A DNA stretch of 64,000 bases from a virus. The DNA lies in IMG/VR virus record IMGVR_UViG_3300031949_000013, positions 1 through 64,000 of that record; one strand, written 5' to 3'. The notes under the pieces are model-generated. The model was not told where the DNA came from. It saw nothing but the letters and a program-made list of their open reading frames with translations, and did not search any database. Below, piece after piece: positions 1 to 9,427 of this stretch. The stretch's first letter is position 1. Each line of letters begins with the position of its first letter. Made by a program: the position numbers and the translations under genes.

Positions 1-396
1 CCCGGTCTTGACGATTGGGTAACGGGTCCGGAAGACATACCGTGGAGCGTACAGCTCTCCAGCATCCTGACCAAGGCCCCGTAAGATGAAGCTCTCCGAG
101 ACGTCCTCTTCGGTCAAGACGTTGTCCGTCTGGTCCCGCCAGAACATGCTCCCAACGGGCAACGAAGTGATTCTCTCGAAGGGACCATACTCCGAATCAA
201 ACGAGCGGTAGATGTTCACCCCCGCCAGTTCGAACCCCGCATTCAAGCTGAGAGCAGACGGATCATCCCATCGGAGGTCGAAGACGCCCGGGTTCATCCC
301 ACCAATCAAAAACAGGTTGATTGGTGGGACTGGCCAGGGAGTCTTCTCTAGCTCCAGGTTCGTCGGGAAACGATCTCTCTGAGAGGCGTATGGCAT
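1..396 (-). CDS. Virion structural protein with FN3-like N-terminus (partial, runs off window start)
   Basis: Not in ORF track. ATG at 396, open to window edge: MPYASQRDRFPTNLELEKTPWPVPPINLF...FDLRWDDP...GVNIYRS...FWRDQT, an FN3-like LxW...YR...D pattern. Confidence 0.6.
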   Translation of the reverse strand, partial: MPYASQRDRFPTNLELEKTPWPVPPINLFLIGGMNPGVFDLRWDDPSALSLNAGFELAGVNIYRSFDSEYGPFERITSLPVGSMFWRDQTDNVLTEEDVSESFILRGLGQDAGELYAPRYVFRTRYPIVKTG

Positions 397-420
397 GGGG
401 GTTCAGCCACCCCGCCCCAC

Positions 421-789
421 TCAGGAGGGCGGCGTCTGAGGAGCTTCCGGGGTTGTGGAAGCCGGAGGACTGGCAGCATCATCGGACATGGCCGAGATGA
501 GCTTGAGCTTGCCCGAGGAAGCATCGATCTCCACCGTGGCATTCGGAGCCAACCCCCGCTCCAGGAGGATACCCTCGAAGACCCTCTGCTTCTCCTCATC
601 GATCCGACGAGCGGCGGCAAGAAGCTTCACTTTCTCCTGCTCCAGAGTCATGAACCTGTCGCTGACGTCGAGACGAGACTCCTGTAACAACCGAAGCCGG
701 TTAAGCTGCTCCATCGAAACAGGGTCGTCTGTGGTCAACCTACGCTGCGGCTGCTGCTGGCCATTGTTATTTGGATCACTCATTTGCAT
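421..789 (-). CDS. Hypothetical coiled-coil protein
   Basis: ORF track 421..810; the ATG at 789 (MQMSDP) follows purine-rich GAAAGAGAG; heptad-like central region. Confidence 0.6.
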   Translation of the reverse strand: MQMSDPNNNGQQQPQRRLTTDDPVSMEQLNRLRLLQESRLDVSDRFMTLEQEKVKLLAAARRIDEEKQRVFEGILLERGLAPNATVEIDASSGKLKLISAMSDDAASPPASTTPEAPQTPPS

Positions 790-796
790 CTCTCTT

Positions 797-2053
797 TCAA
801 GTGGCGGCACAAGTGAGAAACCGCTGCACTTCGGCTCTTACACCATCGGAGTCATTATTGAAAGCGGATTCCCACACAACCAGACAATCAAAACCCGCTT
901 CCTTGTAGGCTTCGACAAGCTCCGACTCATGGTCGAAATTTGCCCTACCTGTGAACATTCGAGAATGCCAGAAGTCGCCGAAGACCTCCACCACCTTGGT
1001 TACGCCCTTCTTGGGATGCTTCGGATCTGGACCAGGCAGGATGAAATCAGGGTTCTTGTGATGCCCAAGCTTTGAAAGCCATCGCCAGAACGAACCATTG
1101 CCTGTGTAGAGGAGTTCAGAATTGAGAGAGGAGAAACGCCGTTCTAGAAGGTTCATTTGTCTCTTGCCGCCCGCACTGATTAGGGCCTTGTAGGCAATCT
1201 CAGGCACCATCATGGGATGGGGAACACCATACTCCCGAATGAAGATTTCCCGTAGTCGTTGCTTGCCTATCTCAGAGGCAAAGAAGTGGTTTCCATAGTT
1301 GGCAACCATCGTCTCAAGTTGGACTCTCCGAAGAAATGGGCTCTGCCCAGTCCAGTCAACGCCCCAACGTTCCAGATTGGTCTGACGAGCCCGCTCAACA
1401 ACCTGAGGTGAATTAGCTGGGGCCGGACCTCCATAGCGATCTTGGTTGGTTGTAGCGATTTTCTCTCGAATGTGGGGGGAAGCCAGCATCTCTTCAGACC
1501 CATAACGTTCAAGATTGGTGGCCTGAGTCTTGGCTCGAACTTGTGTATTCTGACTCGGATTCTCCGCACCATAACGAGCCCGGTTAGTTTGACGGATTTT
1601 CTCTTGGACTTCGGGCCAAGAGAAAGGATTGTCTGCACCTGTCAGCACTACGTGAGAAGCATCTGAAGCTTCTCGTACCTTGCTATAGAGGGTGGAACCC
1701 TTGGAGAAAGGATTCTCAGCCCCGAACCGCTCCAGGTTCGTTGCTCGAACCTTGTCCCGCACAGCCTCGATGTGCATGGGGTGGGACACATCCTCCCCAT
1801 ACTTGGTTTGAAGAGTGTTTGCCAGACGGGCCATCTGGACTTCTCCTCGGTCACGAGCCTTCCAGACCGTGCAGGTAGCCCGATGACGCTTCATCTGCGT
1901 TTCAGAGGTGCTCTCATGACCACAGAGGCACGCTAGAGGCTTCTTGGAACCACCTAGCTCAGCCTGCCATCCCACACAGACAGCCTTGTGCCTGGCGTTG
2001 ATAGCGTCCGATTTGGGGAAGTGAGCTTGACAGTAAGGACAAGTGACAGGCAT
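797..2053 (-). CDS. Putative homing endonuclease: Zn fingers, TNLERYG-type repeats, C-terminal Vsr-like PD-(D/E)XK nuclease
   Basis: CPYC..H..C and CLCG..H..C at N-terminus; repeated TNxxR(Y/F/W)G..NP units; C-terminal NPDF...VVEVFGDFWH. Start taken at MPVTCPYC (2053). Confidence 0.7.
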   Translation of the reverse strand: MPVTCPYCQAHFPKSDAINARHKAVCVGWQAELGGSKKPLACLCGHESTSETQMKRHRATCTVWKARDRGEVQMARLANTLQTKYGEDVSHPMHIEAVRDKVRATNLERFGAENPFSKGSTLYSKVREASDASHVVLTGADNPFSWPEVQEKIRQTNRARYGAENPSQNTQVRAKTQATNLERYGSEEMLASPHIREKIATTNQDRYGGPAPANSPQVVERARQTNLERWGVDWTGQSPFLRRVQLETMVANYGNHFFASEIGKQRLREIFIREYGVPHPMMVPEIAYKALISAGGKRQMNLLERRFSSLNSELLYTGNGSFWRWLSKLGHHKNPDFILPGPDPKHPKKGVTKVVEVFGDFWHSRMFTGRANFDHESELVEAYKEAGFDCLVVWESAFNNDSDGVRAEVQRFLTCAAT

Positions 2054-2073
2054 TCCGCCAGCATGTAAAGGGT

Positions 2074-2964
2074 TCAAAATCCCACGAATTTTGCAGGAGT
2101 TAAAATTCCAGCCCCGGTGTACGGGCCGAAAGCACTCCGAATACCAATCCCAAATTTGGGTTGTTGAAGACCCTTGACGATCTTCACTGTCTGCTTGGCA
2201 CGTTCGAGCTGCTCTGTCCAGTTATCCTTGATGGCCTGGTAGGCAGATTCGTACTTGCTTGACTTCTCAATGGTGAGACTCACCCCGCCGATGCTGTAGT
2301 CAAACTCGTCGGCAATCCAGTTGAGCATCACAGCAAAGAGAGCGTGCATCATCGCTCCGTTCAAGAGCAACGTCCGCCACTCTGGACGGCTCTGAACGAA
2401 CTGATCCAGGTTCACGAACGGAGTCCTCGGTGGAGCTGCAATCACCTGGTCAAGGGCACGCTGAAGGTACTCGTCCAGTTCGTCGTCTTCCCAAATGAAT
2501 CCAAACACCCGGTTGAACTGCTGGACCGTCTCTTCGTGAGCCGGAGGACGAAAGTGGTAATTCCGATCTGGCTTGTTGTCCCGCAGAAGGATTCGAAGGC
2601 GACGAACCAAATCCGACTCCACGTCCGTGTAGAGCATCGTCTGGAGCGTCGCCTTGTCGATGACGTCAAACTCCTGGACTACCTGCTGAATCGGTCCGGA
2701 GACCGTCTCCCGGAAAGTCCAGCGGACCCTGTAGCTGCCCAGGTTGGCATCCAGAGGGACCACCACGCTGGCGTAGTATTCTCCTACCGAGGGGTTCGAG
2801 GGCACACGAACGGGTGAACCAAGAAGCACCTCCATCCCTGTTGAGAAATCATACAGGGCATAGGTGATCTCAGCCGCGTTTGTCGGCGTGTTGTTGGAGT
2901 TTTCCAGGAAGATGTTCAGATCTTCCCGGCCCAACTGTTGTCCTCGGTAGAAGCTAACAGGCAT
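2074..2964 (-). CDS. Putative neck/head-tail connector protein with N-terminal Ig-like domain
   Basis: 296 aa. N-terminal beta-rich domain shared with 3342..4070; C-terminal helical part with LRILLRD..WEDDEL..YSIGGVSLT pattern typical of myovirus neck proteins; late-module position. Confidence 0.55.
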   Translation of the reverse strand: MPVSFYRGQQLGREDLNIFLENSNNTPTNAAEITYALYDFSTGMEVLLGSPVRVPSNPSVGEYYASVVVPLDANLGSYRVRWTFRETVSGPIQQVVQEFDVIDKATLQTMLYTDVESDLVRRLRILLRDNKPDRNYHFRPPAHEETVQQFNRVFGFIWEDDELDEYLQRALDQVIAAPPRTPFVNLDQFVQSRPEWRTLLLNGAMMHALFAVMLNWIADEFDYSIGGVSLTIEKSSKYESAYQAIKDNWTEQLERAKQTVKIVKGLQQPKFGIGIRSAFGPYTGAGILTPAKFVGF

Positions 2965-2967
2965 GGA

Positions 2968-3333
2968 TTACCGTTCGCCAAGGCGAGAGGCCAGACCTCC
3001 GCAGAAAGCTCCGGTGTCGGTGACCTTACCTTCCATCTTTTTCATGCACGCGGTAATACGGTGTTTTCTGTCTCCGGTGAGGGAGTTCCAGAACTTCTTG
3101 AGGGAGTCCTCGGTCCAGCCCTTCGGAAGGTTCTCCCACTTAGCGGATTCCTTCTCGCCGGTCAGCTTGAGGATGTCCTGGCCGAACAAGGCCGAAGCCT
3201 TGATCCGACGAATGTTGAGCGAGGCCATCTTCTCCGCACAGGGCGGACAGACGGCTGCGACATCATTCTGGGTGAGCCATGGATCTTCCAGGGTCGTCTC
3301 CTGGGAAGTGCGGTCGTAGCTGTACTTGCTCAT
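2968..3333 (-). CDS. Putative internal head protein
   Basis: Start MSKYSYDRT (3333) shared with 20553..20747; CPPC motif; KESA|KWENLPKGW module. Confidence 0.6.
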   Translation of the reverse strand: MSKYSYDRTSQETTLEDPWLTQNDVAAVCPPCAEKMASLNIRRIKASALFGQDILKLTGEKESAKWENLPKGWTEDSLKKFWNSLTGDRKHRITACMKKMEGKVTDTGAFCGGLASRLGER

Positions 3334-3341
3334 GGGTGATC

Positions 3342-4070
3342 TCAATCCCAGCCGTACTTCAAGACCCGGACGGTAATATCTCTTGGGTCTGCTGCCGCCA
3401 AGGCATCTTGAACCACGAAGCGATACTCCACAACACTGGTTTCTGAAAAGAAAAACCTCTGGTAATACCAACGAACCATCCAGTCACCTGGCTGGCCAAA
3501 ATCCCCAACCCTCCCAGTCACGTAAAATTGACCCACATTCGGACCACGAGCTGGAACACGATTGGCTGGACCAGCTTGATACGGGACGCCGTTCCGGATC
3601 CAGTAGAGCGTGTAGCTCACCGCATTCGGGTTCACTGGGCCTGCGGAATTCCGGACGAACAAGTTCAGATCACCCACCTGGAAGGAGTCGTTCCACTTGA
3701 ACGGACCCCCAGGGTTCGAAGTAGACCCGTCAGCCGTGCCCGATGTCGAAGAACCGCTACAGCGGCAGACCGTCGGTGGCATCTGCTCGACGACCAGCTC
3801 CCCAGTCATCGCAGAGGTGCCGTAGAGCGTGTCCGGGTACCCGCTCAGGAGTAGCTTTCCCTGGCCCTGAGCCAGCCCAGAAACGCCGATCAGGAGTCCA
3901 GCATCCCCAGTGACCGTAGCCACTCCTGAGGCCGTCCCTGAAGCTTGTAGAGGCGGGATAGAGAGTACCCCAAACCCCAGGACTGCGCCCGAGAGGAGCT
4001 GACTCAGAGCAGCACTTGCCGCTATCGAGCCAGAACCCGTGGCCGTTCCAGAGGCAAAGAGAGTCGCCAC
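3342..4070 (-). CDS. Virion structural protein (Gly/Ser/Ala-rich N-terminus, Ig-like C-terminus)
   Basis: 242 aa ORF; C-terminal domain aligns by eye with N-terminus of 2074..2964. Confidence 0.6.
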   Translation of the reverse strand: MATLFASGTATGSGSIAASAALSQLLSGAVLGFGVLSIPPLQASGTASGVATVTGDAGLLIGVSGLAQGQGKLLLSGYPDTLYGTSAMTGELVVEQMPPTVCRCSGSSTSGTADGSTSNPGGPFKWNDSFQVGDLNLFVRNSAGPVNPNAVSYTLYWIRNGVPYQAGPANRVPARGPNVGQFYVTGRVGDFGQPGDWMVRWYYQRFFFSETSVVEYRFVVQDALAAADPRDITVRVLKYGWD

Positions 4071-4073
4071 ACC

Positions 4074-4457
4074 TCAGTCCTCAACGACTTGGAGCTGTCC
4101 GATTGGGAAGGACAGAACATCCCCGGTCAAGACGATCCTTGCAGCGTTGAGATTGGCAAAATAGAGCATGTTCCCGCCAACCAGGGCATCCATCAAAGCG
4201 AAGGAGGTGACCGTTCCCCAGCCTGCCGAGGCCGTTGGGAAAACGACCGGGATATCGTTGGTCGTAGTCCCGGCAGAGGGAGCAGCAAAGGTGCATGCCT
4301 GCCTGGCATAGCTGCCACCAGAGACTTCCACGCCACCCCCGGGATCAGTCGGAGCTGTCGTGAAGACAGCCACGTAGATCGCCGGAGGCATTGCATAAGC
4401 GACTCCGCGTAAGACGTGGTTGATCAGGCTATCTTCGAGGTAGTTCGTTTTCGACAT
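4074..4457 (-). CDS. Small virion fibre/whisker-type protein (NYLED..LN..LR family)
   Basis: MSKTNYLEDSLINHVLR...EVSGGSYARQ...FPTASAGWGTVT; paralog of 5355..5747. Confidence 0.7.
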   Translation of the reverse strand: MSKTNYLEDSLINHVLRGVAYAMPPAIYVAVFTTAPTDPGGGVEVSGGSYARQACTFAAPSAGTTTNDIPVVFPTASAGWGTVTSFALMDALVGGNMLYFANLNAARIVLTGDVLSFPIGQLQVVED

Positions 4458-4460
4458 GAT

Positions 4461-4856
4461 CTACCCTCCCACGGGCACAAATGAAGCCTTCAACCCGGAA
4501 GCCACAAGAGGCATCTCTGATACGACATCAAAACCCAAGGCCAAGGCTCTCGACCCGACGGGGTAGCTCAAGATCAGCCGCCAGAAACCTACAGCATTTG
4601 GCCTGAACCGAATGCTGTAGAACCCAGCCTGACCAGTGATCTCGTTGAAGTAGACGTTACCCGCTGCTACCTGAGCATCAGTGACGGTGGCTCCCGTCAA
4701 GAATGTCCAGGGCTGGGCAACATTGTTGTAGAAGAGTGTGGCCGTGAGGTCGGCTATGGTCAGACCCGTGACCCGAGTGAAATCATCAGGAGCAAAGATA
4801 TCCGCCTGGTCGATGACCACTCGATTGATCGGAATGAGACGACCATAGACAACCAC
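4461..4856 (-). CDS. Virion structural protein, Ig-like beta sandwich
   Basis: 131 aa, GTG start after AGAAGGAG; TGLT..DL...GFYSIRF.P...GFWRL. Confidence 0.6.
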   Translation of the reverse strand: MVVYGRLIPINRVVIDQADIFAPDDFTRVTGLTIADLTATLFYNNVAQPWTFLTGATVTDAQVAAGNVYFNEITGQAGFYSIRFRPNAVGFWRLILSYPVGSRALALGFDVVSEMPLVASGLKASFVPVGG

Positions 4857-4868
4857 TCGTTCTCCTTC

Positions 4869-5330
4869 TCAGCGCTCCGGAGCCTCTGGTGGCTTTCGTC
4901 GAGGAGGGTTCGTGTTGAGGGTCGGACTTGGGATCTTCCGGGGAGGGATCCTTCCCACCTGAAGTCCCGGGAATTGACTGGCTGGAGCTGTTCCAGGGAC
5001 AGGACCAGGGACGAAAGCCCTGCGAAGAAGGGCTACCATTGTGAACTCCGAGCGGCCTCCAAGACTCAGCATGGAAACATCGTAGTCTTGTGGAGCCGCG
5101 TAGAACGCAGAGTTTCCTGACGTGACAAAACCCAAGGGTACAGATCCCCTCAAGGATGCTGTCTGACCAGAATTCCCCTGAACACCTAGAATCAGTGGAA
5201 CAGCACCACTCAAAGATGCTGTCTGACCAGAATTCCCCTGAACACCTAGAACCAGTGGAACAGCGCCACTTAGACTTCCAGAGAATCCGGAATCTCCAGA
5301 AACATACAGTTCGGCAGCTTCAGCAGCCAT
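4869..5330 (-). CDS. Virion protein with 20-aa tandem repeats and Pro-rich tail
   Basis: LSGAVPL(V/I)LGVQGNSGQTAS repeated. Confidence 0.6.
   Translation of the reverse strand: MAAEAAELYVSGDSGFSGSLSGAVPLVLGVQGNSGQTASLSGAVPLILGVQGNSGQTASLRGSVPLGFVTSGNSAFYAAPQDYDVSMLSLGGRSEFTMVALLRRAFVPGPVPGTAPASQFPGLQVGRIPPRKIPSPTLNTNPPRRKPPEAPER
5155..5270. repeat. 60-bp-period tandem direct repeat (2 near-identical copies) inside CDS
   Basis: gatgctgtctgaccagaattcccctgaacacctagaa(t/c)cagtggaacagc(a/g)ccact at 5155 and 5215. Confidence 0.9.
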
Positions 5331-5354
5331 GGCTCACCACTTCCTGGAGAGGAA

Positions 5355-5747
5355 TCAGGATTCGGAAACGGTAAGGGCTCCGATGGCGAACGAAACCGTG
5401 TCACCAGGATCGACCGTCTTGGGTGCAGCAAGCGCTCCAGAGTAGAGCACGTTGCCTCCGGGTAAGGCAGAATCCAAAACGGCTCCATACGTGATGATGC
5501 CCCACGAACCAACAGCCGTTGGGAACGTGATGATACCTGTGTTCGCACACGTTCCAGCAGCAGGAGCACCGAAGGCCACTGCCATGCGAGTGTATTCGCC
5601 TGCGGAAACCTCACTGGCTAAGGATCCCCCTTCACCAGGATCACCCGTGAACAAGCCCACGTAAACGGTGGCGGGAGACACGAACGAAATGTTCCGCAGA
5701 ACAGCATTCAGAAGGGCGTCTTCCAGATAGTTGGTTTTGTTATCCAT
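5355..5747 (-). CDS. Small virion fibre/whisker-type protein, paralog of 4074..4457
   Basis: MDNKTNYLEDALLNAVLR...EVSAGEYTR...FPTAVGSWG. Confidence 0.7.
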   Translation of the reverse strand: MDNKTNYLEDALLNAVLRNISFVSPATVYVGLFTGDPGEGGSLASEVSAGEYTRMAVAFGAPAAGTCANTGIITFPTAVGSWGIITYGAVLDSALPGGNVLYSGALAAPKTVDPGDTVSFAIGALTVSES

Positions 5748-5780
5748 GATTCCTCTCCGAGAGATGTGACAAATACTTGG

Positions 5781-6026
5781 TCAGGGCATGTGGCATATCG
5801 ATTTCAGCGACTTAATGGCATTTGCGAACGGAAGGGCTGGAACTTTACCGGACTGATTGAACCAAGCCGACTTCAATTCCTCGATGTTCGCGATGCTCAT
5901 ATCGAAGATGAAACTGACCTTACCGTTGCCATTCCTGTCTGTTCGAAGCATCTGCACTCCCGCAACCTGTAGATAGGCAGCGAAATAGAGATCAGATGTC
6001 CGAAACTCATTCCCATTTTTGTTCAT
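5781..6026 (-). CDS. Small phage protein, DUF5659-like
   Basis: FRTSDLYFAAYL...G...FIFD...F...IKSLK pattern recalled for DUF5659. Confidence 0.6.
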   Translation of the reverse strand: MNKNGNEFRTSDLYFAAYLQVAGVQMLRTDRNGNGKVSFIFDMSIANIEELKSAWFNQSGKVPALPFANAIKSLKSICHMP

Positions 6027-6093
6027 CTGTCATCTCCATCTCGACCCTGGCTCCGTCGAAGCCAGGTGCCGTAAAGCTCTCGAAAGAGCCAGA

Positions 6094-7227
6094 TCAGGTC
6101 AGGACTGTCGTCCCAGAGACCCTCTGCCGCACTTTGACCTGAGCACTGGTCGTGGCGAGCGTGGCTCCAGGGATCAAGGCAGCCGGGATGAAGATCGAGG
6201 TCGCAGAGACCGTTCCTCCACCAGCTTCGATGAACTTCTGAAGCAGAGTCCTCCTGTACCCGGTGGTCACGTTGGCCAGATGAACTGTCGTCTCCTGTCT
6301 CTCCAAGGTGCCCAGGCCCGTGCCCGTGATGGTGAGGTCTCCAGCACCCGGAGTATTCAGATCCGCCGTGGTGAGAACCGGCAGGGTGGCAGCAAACGGA
6401 GTAACCCCGTCATCTTGCACCACTTCGATCGCCGGACCATCCACCAGAGGAGGAAGCCGACTCGGATCCGGGTTGAAGTTCACGTTGAGCAGCTCGGAGA
6501 TGTCTCCAACCAGAAAACTCTCCACTGCCGTGGTGCTCTCCCAGAACTGAGGCGCCACAGCATCAGCTACCGCTTCCGTCGTCCCCCGAGACGTGGGAAT
6601 GAGAGCCAGAGCAGTGGTAGCTGTACCAGCACCCGAACCGTTGATGGTTGCCGCAGAGACATCTAAAGGACCACCAACCGGGAGGGTGTTGAGGATCAGC
6701 GTGGCTGCCGGAACCATTGTCCGAATTGCCCCAAGGAGAACCAAGCCGAGAGGGGTGTTGGCTACGGAACCGCCCGCCACGGAGTCGTTCTCGATGAACG
6801 AATTCACACCCCTCGTCAGGGATTCCAGAGCGATGCCGTTACCAGCAACGTTCGTCCTGGCCAGAACACCAATCGGAGTGGTCGCTGCGTTCACCGCCGC
6901 TACCAGAGCAGCCAGCGTGGCATAGGCAGCCTGAGGAATCAGGACCGTCGTGAACACAGTCGGAGCCGCACTCACCCGAAGTTTGAGGTCGTCGTTCGCT
7001 GCTGTGATGGTCACAGGGAATGTACCAGAGATGTTCCCACCATTGAGAACGGCTCCAGCGCCGACCGTAGAGCTAGCTAAGACGCCTTCTACCTCGGCCA
7101 CCGTCGGTCGGCTGATGTAGACTTCCTGACCTCGTGGCTCGGTCGGAGGGTTGTACCGAGAAACAGGTTCGAGATCGGAAAGAAGAACAGGACCCGGAAG
7201 GTCTCCACGGATTACGCCAACTCGCAT
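6094..7227 (-). CDS. Virion structural protein with C-terminal Ig/IPT-like domain
   Basis: 377 aa, Ala/Thr/Val/Gly-rich; C-terminal TADL.TPG.GDLTITGTG shared with 7627..8217. Confidence 0.65.
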   Translation of the reverse strand: MRVGVIRGDLPGPVLLSDLEPVSRYNPPTEPRGQEVYISRPTVAEVEGVLASSTVGAGAVLNGGNISGTFPVTITAANDDLKLRVSAAPTVFTTVLIPQAAYATLAALVAAVNAATTPIGVLARTNVAGNGIALESLTRGVNSFIENDSVAGGSVANTPLGLVLLGAIRTMVPAATLILNTLPVGGPLDVSAATINGSGAGTATTALALIPTSRGTTEAVADAVAPQFWESTTAVESFLVGDISELLNVNFNPDPSRLPPLVDGPAIEVVQDDGVTPFAATLPVLTTADLNTPGAGDLTITGTGLGTLERQETTVHLANVTTGYRRTLLQKFIEAGGGTVSATSIFIPAALIPGATLATTSAQVKVRQRVSGTTVLT

Positions 7228-7229
7228 AA

Positions 7230-7616
7230 CTAGACTCCCTTTAATTCGACTGGTTTTGGCTTCCCAAACCGACCACGCTGTTGCTCCAGCTTGAGGTACC
7301 GAAGAATGACCCCATACCCGGCATAGAAATCACCGAGTTGATTGAGCAGCTCCAAGTCATCCGAACTCCAAGCAAAATGCGCCTTCTTGATTTGGAGACG
7401 CATTTTACGGATGATCTTGAAATAGCGATCCGCGTATGTGAGCGTGGCAATTTCTGATTCAGCCGCCGTGAGCTTCTCGAACCTCGACTGGGCATCCTTG
7501 AGTAAATTCCGGCGGTATGGATCCGGAATGAGGCCCTTGGGCTTCCAGCGATAGGTGATCCTGTAGAAGGAGTCACCTTCCTGATCGATAAGCTTGGGGA
7601 GAACAAGATACTGCAC
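7230..7616 (-). CDS. Hypothetical basic protein
   Basis: 128-aa ORF filling the gap between co-oriented genes. Confidence 0.55.
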   Translation of the reverse strand: MQYLVLPKLIDQEGDSFYRITYRWKPKGLIPDPYRRNLLKDAQSRFEKLTAAESEIATLTYADRYFKIIRKMRLQIKKAHFAWSSDDLELLNQLGDFYAGYGVILRYLKLEQQRGRFGKPKPVELKGV

Positions 7617-7626
7617 GTCACGGTGA

Positions 7627-8217
7627 TCAGGTCAATACGACTGCCGGAGTAGAGGTGTTCCCGTCAGCCCGAACTTGAGCGGACGAGGTGACCAAAGCCA
7701 CACCTGGGATATTTACAGCCAGGATGACGATGATCGTGTCGGAGATGGAGTTGAACAGAGCTGCGGGGATAACCTGTGCTCCAGTGCCCGTGATAATCAC
7801 CGAGGTGACATCCGGAGTCAGAGAGAAGAAGCCTGTACCAGTGATGGTCAAATCACCGGGACCTGGAGTGCCTAGGTCAGCCGTGGCCACTGTTGGAGTC
7901 GCTAGGTCACTGGGGACAAATGACACGACCGAGATCAACCCTGCCCTTGTAAGACCGGCGATCTTGCCTCCACCTGCCGAGCGAATCACACGATCCGTCT
8001 CGTTCAGGTCAATGTACCCAGGGATTGTAGGCTCGGACGCCTTCACCCTAGGGATGTAGCTCGGTTGCTTGGGCTCGTTGGCATACCCGTCCCGCTTGTA
8101 GGCTTTGGGGTCTGCCGTAGAGCCCATCCGGTGGACTGCCTTGTTTGGGAGCTGATCATCGAGGTCATCGACGAGCAGGGCTCCCAAACCAACTTGACTG
8201 TGGATGAGTCTGAGCAT
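7627..8217 (-). CDS. Virion structural protein with Ig/IPT-like domain
   Basis: SD AGGAG upstream; C-terminal domain paralogous to 6094..7227. Confidence 0.65.
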   Translation of the reverse strand: MLRLIHSQVGLGALLVDDLDDQLPNKAVHRMGSTADPKAYKRDGYANEPKQPSYIPRVKASEPTIPGYIDLNETDRVIRSAGGGKIAGLTRAGLISVVSFVPSDLATPTVATADLGTPGPGDLTITGTGFFSLTPDVTSVIITGTGAQVIPAALFNSISDTIIVILAVNIPGVALVTSSAQVRADGNTSTPAVVLT

Positions 8218-8294
8218 CCTGGTTCTCCTACCTGGGGTAGTGATCTCTGCTAGATTTCGAGGGTAAACTTAGTCCCTACGGCCTTACCGGAGCC

Positions 8295-8304
8295 ATAAAA
8301 GGAA
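8295..8304 (-). promoter_or_regulatory. Candidate late-promoter motif TTCCTTTTAT
   Basis: Identical 10-mer at 19080..19089 and one-mismatch copy at 38623..38632, all intergenic upstream of structural genes. Confidence 0.55.
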
Positions 8305-8341
8305 CCTCCATCCTGGATCTTCCACTTCGGGAACGCTCTTT

Positions 8342-8995
8342 TTAGATCGGGTAGGCCATCACGAAGTGAGCCGAGAACGCTGCGGTTGCCCCACTGCCTC
8401 GAACGAGAATCTGCTCGACCACCCCATCGAAGGTCGTGAACTCGGGAAGAGCATTTGGAGCAAGCTCTGTCTCTGGGCCAAGGACATTCGTAGCTACGTA
8501 CATTTTGGTTACGGTCTCCTGGTTCTGAACCACCAAATTGGTGACCCCTCCAGGCAAATACAACCGAAGCGACGTTGCCACTGTCCCTTCATTGGGAGCC
8601 GTCCCCGCGATGATGATCCTCTGCCTCGTGTGCCTCTCGCTCTCGGGAAGCACCAGGACAGGTGGGCTCGTGACCAGAGTTGCTCCAGACGCATCAAGCT
8701 GCTTCATCCGGAGCCAAAAAGGCCCGGCGTCAATGATGGTAAATGTCGTCGGATTGAACACGAACCTGTGGTTTTGCCCAGGTGCCGGATCCAGAACTGC
8801 CTGGTTGATCCCTGTCGTTGGGTTGGTATCCAAGAAGCCTTGGCGATTCGTGATGAACGCCGTGAAAGCCGCATCAAAGTTCGTCGCCCACTCCCATGTG
8901 TAGGCTGCGACACCCGAACCCACCCGATTTGGGGTGAGCAGATCCACTAGACCCGCCCGACGACGACGGATGGAGAACTCTCGTGATACACTCAT
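8342..8995 (-). CDS. Virion structural protein (beta-rich)
   Basis: 217-aa ORF, ATGA overlap with upstream gene. Confidence 0.6.
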   Translation of the reverse strand: MSVSREFSIRRRRAGLVDLLTPNRVGSGVAAYTWEWATNFDAAFTAFITNRQGFLDTNPTTGINQAVLDPAPGQNHRFVFNPTTFTIIDAGPFWLRMKQLDASGATLVTSPPVLVLPESERHTRQRIIIAGTAPNEGTVATSLRLYLPGGVTNLVVQNQETVTKMYVATNVLGPETELAPNALPEFTTFDGVVEQILVRGSGATAAFSAHFVMAYPI

Positions 8996-9420
8996 GACGC
9001 TCGCTTCTCCTCTCGGGCGACAAGTGGATCATACGTGGCCGCCGCTGCCTCGCCCTTCTTGCTCCGAACTTCATCCTGAACGTCTTTCCAAGAATGAGCC
9101 TCGTCACCCCCGAGATTCGGGATGAGCTTGTTCTTGAAGACGTGATCCTTCTCGCGACGGGCCATGTCTATCTTGCGCTTGCCACGATACTTGTTCTCTC
9201 GATTGGCCTTCGAGATCCAGCCTCCATGAACCCCATCCCGGAGGACGAAGCCGACGTTTCCAGGAGCAAATACAAGCTCCAGCATTCCACCTTGATCACA
9301 GTTCGTGCAGGGGATGATCTCGTCACCCGCTTTCACTGAGTCGTACTGCGAAAAGGTAAGCTTCTTGGTACAGTGGTTGTCACAGACCGGGCACCTGAGT
9401 TGATACATCGGCATCTTCAT
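8992..9420 (-). CDS. FmdB-like zinc-ribbon protein
   Basis: MPMYQLRCPVC...CTNC...F...G.W. Confidence 0.7.
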   Translation of the reverse strand: MKMPMYQLRCPVCDNHCTKKLTFSQYDSVKAGDEIIPCTNCDQGGMLELVFAPGNVGFVLRDGVHGGWISKANRENKYRGKRKIDMARREKDHVFKNKLIPNLGGDEAHSWKDVQDEVRSKKGEAAAATYDPLVAREEKRAS

Positions 9421-9427
9421 CTCCTTT

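Noticed and set aside
5155-5270. Direct repeats as a possible CRISPR array
   Set aside because: Contiguous in-frame 60-bp coding duplication with no unique spacers and no cas operon.
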